From positions 5,315,152 through 5,379,151 of the forward strand of contig NC_092066.1 in NCBI RefSeq assembly GCF_039877785.1: a stretch of 64,000 nucleotides of DNA. Direction: 5' to 3'. A program made the position numbers and the translations under genes. The notes beneath the pieces were generated by a model. It saw only the letters and a program-made list of their open reading frames with translations. It was not told where the DNA came from and searched no databases. How positions within the stretch are numbered: the stretch's first letter is position 1; each line of letters opens with the position of its first letter. Of this stretch, positions 57,088 through 64,000 are shown one piece after another. This DNA comes from Chaetodon trifascialis. Taxonomy: Eukaryota.

Positions 57088-57743
57088 GTACGGTGTGTTT
57101 GTGCTGCAGTGTTGTGACAGTGTCAGGATTTTGTTTTTAATACAAACACTGACTATTAATACAAAACATTTGCTGTTGAGTTGACATGACACAGTATATG
57201 ATATCACAGAGTGTCTTGATGCAACTCTCTGATCAGTTTGAAGGATGCCGTTTGTGGTGCTGTTGAACTGAATGAAGAAAGGTGTCTCTGTAATGCAGCC
57301 CGGTGGCTCCCAGCCTTTTTCCTATCATTTAGTGAACAGGTGTCAACAAAGTGACACATTTTATGTTTAATTAATTATTAATATTAATTGCATAACAATA
57401 ACAGCAGAGAACAACTGATTAAACTGTACAATTAACCCACTTAGTGAGCGCAATAACTGCAGGAAGTTTGTGTAAGACAAGCAATTTTGCATTGAGATGA
57501 GTTTCCTGATATTTTTATACAACTTTTTATACAATTCTTTGCCTGTTTTTTTGTATTTGTATGTATTTCTTTGGTTGTGTGAACTGTGTACTTTCTAATG
57601 CAGGGTGAAGCCCCTTTCATGTAGCTTGTGTTCAGGTCTTCATCGTGTCCTTTGGCGACCCCTAGTTGGGGTTGGGACCCTCAGGCTGTGAACCAGTGAT
57701 TTCAGTCGATATACTGCAGTACTGACAGGTGTCTTTCTTTCAG

Positions 57744-57851
57744 TGCCTGATGGTGTGGGATGTGAGCGGGTCACCTGTTTTCCTCTCCAAGGCTTTTCCT
57801 CATTCCCACAAAGACTGGATCACCAGCTGCGCTTGGACTCCAGACTATGTG
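57744..57851 (+). CDS. tep1: TEP1 exon 42, WD40
   Basis: Acceptor ctttcag|. Peptide CLMVWDVSGSPVFLSKAFPHSHKDWITSCAWTPDYV matches human LLCWDVRTPKTPVLIHSFPACHRDWVTGCAWTKDNL. Donor GTG|gtaaat. Confidence 0.75.
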
Positions 57852-58004
57852 GTAAATCCTCATCACATTTTGTGTTGTATAGAAATTTAAGTATGCTGAG
57901 TTACAGATCTATTACCTGAAAGTCTTATCACTCTGTTCTGCCATCTACAGCACCATTGTGTTTCCTTTAACTTGTCTTCATCAAGCCTCCCTTTTCTGCT
58001 GCAG

Positions 58005-58109
58005 GTCAGCACCTCAGTCGATGGGCGGCTTTGTGTCGTGGATCCGCAGACGGACCAGTGCCTCAGAGAAATTTCCTGGGGGAGTCCTCTTACATCTGTC
58101 AGCTGTGTG
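58005..58109 (+). CDS. tep1: TEP1 exon 43, WD40
   Basis: Acceptor ctgctgcag|. Peptide VSTSVDGRLCVVDPQTDQCLREISWGSPLTSVSCV. Donor GTG|gtgagc. Confidence 0.75.
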
Positions 58110-58198
58110 GTGAGCAGATCTATCTTTCGGAGAAAAAACAGCATGCATTGTTTCCCTCTCTTCAAACAAAACGAGATGTTTGGTGCTTGTGTGTGCAG

Positions 58199-58328
58199 GG
58201 ACAGTATGTGATCGCCGGCTGTGCAGAGGGAGCGCTGCATGTTTGGACTCAGGAAAAGAGCGCAGAAATCTGCCACATTGCTGCACATGAGCAGCGTATC
58301 AACCACTGCGCTCTCCTACTACACACAG
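58199..58328 (+). CDS. tep1: TEP1 exon 44, WD40
   Basis: Acceptor gtgtgcag|. Peptide GQYVIAGCAEGALHVWTQEKSAEICHIAAHEQRINHCALLLHT. Donor G|gtgaac. Confidence 0.75.
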
Positions 58329-58424
58329 GTGAACTGTCTGGAGTGCACATATACTTACTCTTTGTAATTGTTCTCTTTTGCTTTGTTCCTAGTTTGATAG
58401 TTTAATTTCTGCATTGTTTTTAAG

Positions 58425-58510
58425 ACAAGACCAAAGAAGTGAACCCTGAAGAAATGACTGTTCTCACTGCATCTGATGACGGCTCAGTGAAGCTCTGGAA
58501 GCCACTACAG
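58425..58510 (+). CDS. tep1: TEP1 exon 45, WD40
   Basis: Acceptor gtttttaag|. Peptide DKTKEVNPEEMTVLTASDDGSVKLWKPLQ. Donor CAG|gtctgt. Confidence 0.7.
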
Positions 58511-58806
58511 GTCTGTCGGTCCAAATAAGATTAGAAAGTGCTTTAAAAGGGTTTTTCACAATTCAGTGAAATATTTCCTTTATATGTATGTGTATCATTT
58601 TTGTCCTGGTCGTGTTTTTTAGCGTTAATCACACATTTTCTTTGGCTTGGACTCATCTAAAGTTCTAGTGTAGATACAGGGCTGAAATGACTTCCTTAAG
58701 GTTTTTAATCATAATAAGAGTGGAGACTGTCACTTATTTTTCTATTTTTTGTTTCCTGTCTCACTTTCTTCATGTATTTATCTGTGTTTGTATATTTTAC
58801 ATGCAG

Positions 58807-58933
58807 GTGGAGCACTACAGCACCTTCCAGGGTCACAGCGGTGCGATATCTGGAGTTGTTTCCAAAGAAGGACTCCCAGAGTTCCTCACTGTCTCTGAAG
58901 ACCGCTCATTACGGTGCTGGACATTGACAATAG
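58807..58933 (+). CDS. tep1: TEP1 exon 46, WD40
   Basis: Acceptor tacatgcag|. Peptide VEHYSTFQGHSGAISGVVSKEGLPEFLTVSEDRSLRCWTLTI matches human THTLLGHSGPVRAAAVSETSGLMLTASEDGSVRLW. Donor G|gtaatc. Confidence 0.8.
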
Positions 58934-59475
58934 GTAATCCTTAGTAATCTGCCTTTATGTGATATGATATGTTGTGCGTGTACCTTTTTCTTTGAAGAGC
59001 TCTGTGCTTTGCTTTTTTTTACCCTCAAAAAATTTGGCAGTGCATTCTTTTGGCCTTGAATGGTGTCTTCAGGTATTCCTTTCAGGCTGCATTCAGCCCC
59101 AATAACCCTCACAACTAAGGTAGAGCAGCATAACCCAGGGCAGAAAAGTCAGCAAAGTACTCATGCTCATTGCTTTATGGCATGACGTGAGTGAAGTGAG
59201 TGAATCAACATTTTATCAGTTCAGGTCTATAAAAGTGAGGGGGACAAAAATCCTCATTTCTTGTGAATGTGATGCCCTTGATCACACCAAAAATGTTATG
59301 GGTTGCACTTTATATTAAGGTAAACATATTCACTATGAACCAGCTGCTTATTAGCATGTATATAGTGGCCTTTTTCTGGAGGTTAGGGTTATTAAGAGTT
59401 AGGGTTACGTTATTAAGATCATAATTGGTTAATCTGTGGTGTGTCCCAGTTCACCAGTGTGTCCTCTCTTTCCAG

Positions 59476-59606
59476 AGGGTCCTCCGTCAGAGAAGGGCCC
59501 AGTCACAGCTCTCTGCTTCTATCCCAGAGATGCTTTGCTTCTTGTTGGTTATGAATCCGGTTTTCTCGAGTTATGGCAGCATGAGTCCGTTGTCGGCTGC
59601 AAGCAG
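59476..59606 (+). CDS. tep1: TEP1 exon 47, WD40
   Basis: Acceptor ctctttccag|. Peptide EGPPSEKGPVTALCFYPRDALLLVGYESGFLELWQHESVVGCKQ. Donor CAG|gtgaag. Confidence 0.75.
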
Positions 59607-59694
59607 GTGAAGACACGCACCAGAAAGTGGATGTATACCACAGACAGGTGTGCGGTGTTTGTGTAATTGCATGGTGTGTCTGTTTGTGTGTCAG

Positions 59695-59816
59695 ACCTCA
59701 GACAGCGGCATCACAGCGATCTGCTCCATGCCCGACGGCCAGTTTGCTGTCGGCTACGAGAAACCTGCTGTTGATGTGTGGAAGCTTGTATGGAATCAAC
59801 AACAATGCACAGCGAG
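59695..59816 (+). CDS. tep1: TEP1 exon 48
   Basis: Acceptor gtgtgtcag|. Peptide TSDSGITAICSMPDGQFAVGYEKPAVDVWKLVWNQQQCTA. Donor AG|gtaaac. Confidence 0.7.
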
Positions 59817-60169
59817 GTAAACAGAAGCAAAACAGTCACGCTGCGAAGCTGCCATGCTGGCCTGCAGTACACTACTAAGAAAGCAACAGAATAGAACAAT
59901 GAACACATTTTTATTGACACCAGTGTTCATTTGTAGGTGACAAACGAATGTGATAGAAAAAAATGCAAATATAGATTGAAAGTTATCAGCCTCAACCTGT
60001 TCAAAATATGAAAAAGTAGTAAAGAAACATGCACATGAGGAACTATTTTGATGTTTTCACGCCTTAAATTATCTGAAAGTAGCAACTCCACTATAACCGC
60101 AGTTTGCCGTCATTTGCTGTGTGTCGTCCCCTCTCTGCCCTCTTTCCTGTCATGTCTTCAGCTGTGTGC

Positions 60170-60760
60170 TGTCTTTGAAGTTAGATAAATAAATTGATAA
60201 GTTAAATAAGTTAGTTAAAATGATTTAAAACGTTAAAAAGCTATTGCCAGTTGGGTTTGAAAACAGCGTCAGAGTGAGCGCTCTTACCTCACAACCTATC
60301 TTTGACGTTTCCGTGTTTCTTGCTAGCTAGCTTCATCTCTCACGTCGAGCAGACAGCCAAGTCGGTCAGAGCCGAATTCATGATGTTGCTAATGTTTTTA
60401 TGATACGCTTCTGCCTTGGAGATCATTAGTCTGTAAGTAAAATGTGTACATAAAGACAATGTTTTGATAAGTAGTGAAGTTGTGTCTTATGTAGTATATT
60501 GCAGATTTGTATGTCGGTAAAAACTTTATGCTCGGTTGCCATAGTTACGTGTGTATACTTACCGTCAATGTGAATATGTCAGTGCTTATATACTGATCCT
60601 TTTTTATTTTCTCTGTAATGTTTCAGTTTTACATGAAAGAAAGAGGTCAAGACTCAAGTAAAATACGGGAAAAGCAAGCCCTGTGTGTTTATTTGAAGAC
60701 CCCTTTTTGGACGTTAACTAGCTGTCTAGCTACGCACAAGAGCACGCGCTGCGAGGGCAG
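60170..60760. mobile_element. Copy-B-specific ~590-bp insertion of unclassified origin
   Basis: Copy A reads straight through cttcagctgtctctgtcac at 16625. B has an extra block between cagctgtg and tctctgtcac. Confidence 0.35.
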
Positions 60761-61021
60761 CATAAGCTGTCTCTGTCACTATAAAGCCCAAAATAATAAT
60801 AATAATAAAAAAATGTTTCTGAACATCACTTACAGTAAACAAATGATCCAAAATGAAACCAGCTGACGTGAAACTCGTCCCTGATGTGTGTGCATTGAGT
60901 TGAAGAGGAGGCGTTATAAGCTGATTGAGAGCGGTGTTTCCGTGTGGACCTGAAATAAGGTGTGAGCAGTTCGTTTGCACACTAACCAGTCTCGCTCTGT
61001 CCTGTGTTCTGTCACTCCCAG

Positions 61022-61165
61022 CCCGGTGAAGGTAAACACCTACAAAGTGAACAGCCCAGTGGTCCGCCTCAACTACTGCTCCATCCTGCTCGGTGTGTCA
61101 CGTGATGGAAGAATATTTGCCGTCGCGGCCGATGAGGAACACATGTGGTCCCAAACACTCGCCCA
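61022..61165 (+). CDS. tep1: TEP1 exon 49
   Basis: Acceptor cactcccag|. Peptide SPVKVNTYKVNSPVVRLNYCSILLGVSRDGRIFAVAADEEHMWSQTLA. Donor CA|gtaact is chosen because it is the only site that restores phase with exon 50. An in-frame TAA follows immediately if this donor is not used. Confidence 0.6.
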
Positions 61166-61561
61166 GTAACTCCACATACTGTTCTCTGTGTACCAAATCA
61201 GTCAGCGCAGTTTTAGTGAATCACTGCTGTTTTTTTTGTAATATATAATGACATTAATTATTAGTTATCAATTCATGGAGGTGATCAGAGAGTTGTCTAG
61301 AATGCTGCTGATGATGTTTGTCACGTCCTGATTACATTAGCTCTAAATTATTGCTGTAGGTAGCTGAAGCTGATAAATTCTGGTCATTTCACTTCATAGA
61401 CGGATGCTCATTCTGAATATTTACAGCAAACTGTTTGAATATATTGTTTAAGATTTCCTTCGTCCAGCTTCTGCTGACGTCCAGCTCAGCTGCACATATG
61501 ATTGTGCTGGGTTTTGCTTCTTGTACACTGATTGTGGGATTATGTATTGTCTCTGTTGCAG

Positions 61562-61661
61562 ATGGGAGCAAAGAGTCCGAATTATGGGTTTGATCCCGAA
61601 CGATGACAAAAGCATGTGGCTGGTGGGCGAATCATGGGGAGAAGTTCAGATTAGCTTTATT
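61562..61661 (+). CDS. tep1: TEP1 exon 50
   Basis: Acceptor tgttgcag|. Peptide (Q)WEQRVRIMGLIPNDDKSMWLVGESWGEVQISFI. Donor ATT|gtgagt. Phase chain 2 to 0 fits exons 49 and 51. Confidence 0.6.
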
Positions 61662-61970
61662 GTGAGTTTGCATATTCTGTTGCTAATAATATAAGACTAC
61701 TACAAATAAAATGTGTTTATTTTAGCTCTCAGACTTATGAAAAGAAAACGCAATTGTCAATTAAATGAGCTTGTCTTTTTTATAGAAAATCATTTCTTCA
61801 TCATTCCAGTTCAGATTTTTGTGACAAATTATTAAAAGAAAAATGGCTTTTTTATTCTGTCTGAGCAGCGCCTACATTTCAATTCAACATGAAGTCAAAC
61901 GTCAAGTGTGGTGCACCACAAGCTTTGGTTTCAGTAATGTTGATGACGCCTCTGTCCTCTTTTTTCTCAG

Positions 61971-62082
61971 TTTGCAATGGGCCCCAAAAATACATTACAA
62001 TTAGCTTTCAGCTCGATGAATCTAGAGGCCGACGATGAGGAGAAGAAGGGGAGCGTGATATCAGCCATAACAATGAACAAAG
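61971..62082 (+). CDS. tep1: TEP1 exon 51
   Basis: Acceptor ttttctcag|. Peptide FAMGPKNTLQLAFSSMNLEADDEEKKGSVISAITMNK. Donor G|gtacta. Confidence 0.65.
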
Positions 62083-62223
62083 GTACTAAACATCTACGGT
62101 TTTTACTAACGTTTTGCACAGCGTACCAACCTTTTTGAATCAGGGTTGTACTGTCTGTTTGTGCCAGTCTCTGATTTGTTTTCCGTATTGTGTGATTATC
62201 CAATGTGCTTTACATTCTTTCAG

Positions 62224-62306
62224 ATTTTGTGGTGTGTGGAGACATGAAGGGCAACATGTGGTTCATTCAGCCTCCTGAGCCTTCCACCTGGAGCAGCAGA
62301 AAACAT
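62224..62306 (+). CDS. tep1: TEP1 exon 52
   Basis: Acceptor ctttcag|. Peptide DFVVCGDMKGNMWFIQPPEPSTWSSRKH. Donor CAT|gtaaga. Confidence 0.7.
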
Positions 62307-62844
62307 GTAAGAGCTGAAATACTCTGAAACACAACATGAGGGATGAGCTTATGTGTGGAAAACAAAAAAGACAGACTCAGAGAAAACTACATTTACAGTT
62401 GAACCTTTCTGCATAGTTTTTAATGAATTATTGCAGCTTGGTGTTTCTCACAAAAGGTGGTGAGGTGGACTTTCAACAGTCTGCAAGTCTGCAACACTGT
62501 TTGATCATTGATCATCAGTAAAGAAAAGCCACAAATCCTTGCATCTGACAACACGTTTGACATTTTTGCTCAGTAAATCAATTAGCGGTTCTCAGAGCTG
62601 CTGATTAATTTTCTCTTGATTGACAAATTGCTTCAGCAGAACTTTCAACTGACAAGCTGAGCTGTAAAAATCTTGAGTGACAAGAAGAAAAATAAAATCA
62701 CCTGCCTTGTCAATAAGCAGCAGCCGTGTCTTTAGTTCAAACCCTCCCATCAGGCCGGATGGGAAACAAAAGCAAACATCAGAAAGAGCTGAATGTCGCT
62801 TCAAGCTTTGTATTCTTTTTTTAATGATGGTGTTTTATCCGCAG

Positions 62845-62949
62845 GCTCACAGTGACAGGATCAGTGTGCTGAGACTCACTGACCGCACCATCATCTCAGC
62901 CTCCTATGACCGGACAGTGAAGCTGTGGGACAGAAACACCAAGAAGCAG
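62845..62949 (+). CDS. tep1: TEP1 exon 53, WD40
   Basis: Acceptor tatccgcag|. Peptide AHSDRISVLRLTDRTIISASYDRTVKLWDRNTKKQ matches human KIHSGSVTALHVLPELLVTASKDRDVKLWERPSMQ. Donor CAG|gtacat. Confidence 0.8.
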
Positions 62950-63386
62950 GTACATCAGAGTCCCCAAAGAATAGTTTGACATCTTATTCGCTCTGTGGTG
63001 GAGAGGTTGATACCGCACTCTTGTCTGTATGTTGAATATGACAGACAGGAGACTGTTAGCTTAGCTCAAAGACTCAACTGCTAGCCTGGTTCTGTCAAAC
63101 TTAAATGGTGAAGTGTCGTTTTTACACCAAGGTTTTTCTGCAGATGAAACTAATTTAACAAAAGGTGATAATTAGTGAGCTTTAGAGTCACTGGGGGACA
63201 GATTTTGTTAACTTTGTGCAGAGCCAGGCTAGCTGTTTTCTCCTGTTTCCAGTCTTTATGCTAAGCTAAGCTAACTGGCTGCTGTGATATCAATCAATCA
63301 ATTTATTCCTTCACCTTAATTTTTTTGTTATTTTAAACTGTCTTTCAGTAACTGTTACCTTCTGCTCTCTCCCTCTCCTCCTCCAG

Positions 63387-63506
63387 GTGGGTATGTTTGT
63401 GTGTGGAGGACCTGTTGTGCACTTGGAGGTGAACCCTGAAAAACCCACCAAACTGGTTTGCGGTGACGGACAGGGAACGCTCTTCTTCCTCTCCTGGAAA
63501 GAATGA
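63387..63506 (+). CDS. tep1: TEP1 terminal coding exon 54, ends at a TGA stop
   Basis: Acceptor cctcctccag|. Peptide VGMFVCGGPVVHLEVNPEKPTKLVCGDGQGTLFFLSWKE* matches the human C-terminus ..AVGDVQGNVYFLNWE*. Confidence 0.8.
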   Translation: MGMFVCGGPVVHLEVNPEKPTKLVCGDGQGTLFFLSWKE

Positions 63507-64000
63507 TCCTCAGGATATTCCACACTAGATTGAGCAGTTAGAAAAGTGCTTCATCGCTACGCAAACCTGTGATTGCCTCCTTGCTTCAGTGCCTTTGTAT
63601 TTAAAAAAGAAGTTGAAATATTTACACTACATTTAGAGATAATGATCTATGTAATAATTGCGATATCATGTTTACATGCCTTTAGATGGCAAAAAACTTG
63701 CAAGTGTAACAAGCAAGTATAAAAAAATAACTAAGTTTGAAAATGTTAGCAGTTATTGTTCCTATGAGGTGAATTATTTCTGTTATTTGTAAGAGGATGC
63801 AAATAGAAATGTGGAGTATGGAACACTTGAAGTGGAAAAATGGGTGCAAGAATCATAAATGATCTTTTCTTTGACATTAAATTATTACTCTCATCAGCAC
63901 TTTGATGTTCGTTGTTGTTACTTTCAACTCAGTTCATTCAACTCAAGTCTCTGAAATCCATCCCCTCCCCCGTTACATCTGGCGTGCCCCAAGGTTCTGT

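Larger units (their letters stand above)
30414..63506 (+). other. tep1: TEP1 gene (telomerase-associated protein 1 / vault TEP1), complete CDS in 54 coding exons. Domains in order are TROVE, vWA-like, NACHT and WD40.
   Basis: Exon peptides match human TEP1 in order (TROVE: VAVYTRQQLNIR..RRYFCTAVQLPSDW; FISSTFRDMHAERD; P-loop GGPGEGKT; C-terminal GTLFFLSWKE stop). All exon phases chain without a frameshift. Confidence 0.8.

Noticed and set aside
1-64000. Prokaryotic-style features (operons, CRISPR arrays, defence islands, RBS-led ORFs)
   Set aside because: The sequence has vertebrate properties throughout: GT-AG introns with phase-consistent exons of a known metazoan gene, LINE, SINE, Penelope-like and hAT repeats, a CpG island, and microsatellites. 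No direct-repeat and spacer arrays are present.

Overview
This window is vertebrate (teleost-type) nuclear DNA, not a prokaryotic locus. It has spliced exons with GT-AG introns, a CpG island, microsatellites, and many LINE, SINE, Penelope-like and hAT transposable elements. The dominant feature is the gene for TEP1 (telomerase-associated / vault protein 1), read on the + strand as TROVE, vWA-like, NACHT ATPase and a long WD40 array. A complete copy is reconstructed here as 54 coding exons from the ATG at 30414 to the stop at 63506. The identification rests on exon-by-exon similarity to human TEP1 across the TROVE domain, the P-loop (GGPGEGKT), the FISSTFRDMH motif and the C-terminal WD repeats. 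A second, upstream, same-strand copy of only the 3' half lies at 1-21003. It equals exons 25-54 plus the 3'UTR and is colinear with 47749-63915. All 30 exons are open, and the splice sites are the same as in the downstream copy. The window therefore holds a recent segmental duplication of the TEP1 NACHT-WD40 half. The alternatives are an assembly or haplotig artefact, or the 3' end of a full tandem paralog whose 5' half lies before position 1. The two copies differ by several young transposable-element insertions flanked by target-site duplications, and by small in-frame coding indels. Copy A carries a Rex3-like RTE LINE, an L1 fragment and a Penelope-like element. Copy B carries an L1, a hAT element encoding a BED zinc finger, and a ~590-bp insertion. 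Between the copies are a full-length CR1/L2-type LINE whose ORF1 has an esterase domain, and a CpG island that looks like a divergent promoter. There are no prokaryotic defence systems, CRISPR arrays, or genuine tRNA or rRNA genes. Coordinates were indexed by hand from the printed sequence, so individual exon boundaries may be off by a few bases. Transposable-element family names are assigned from motif memory only.
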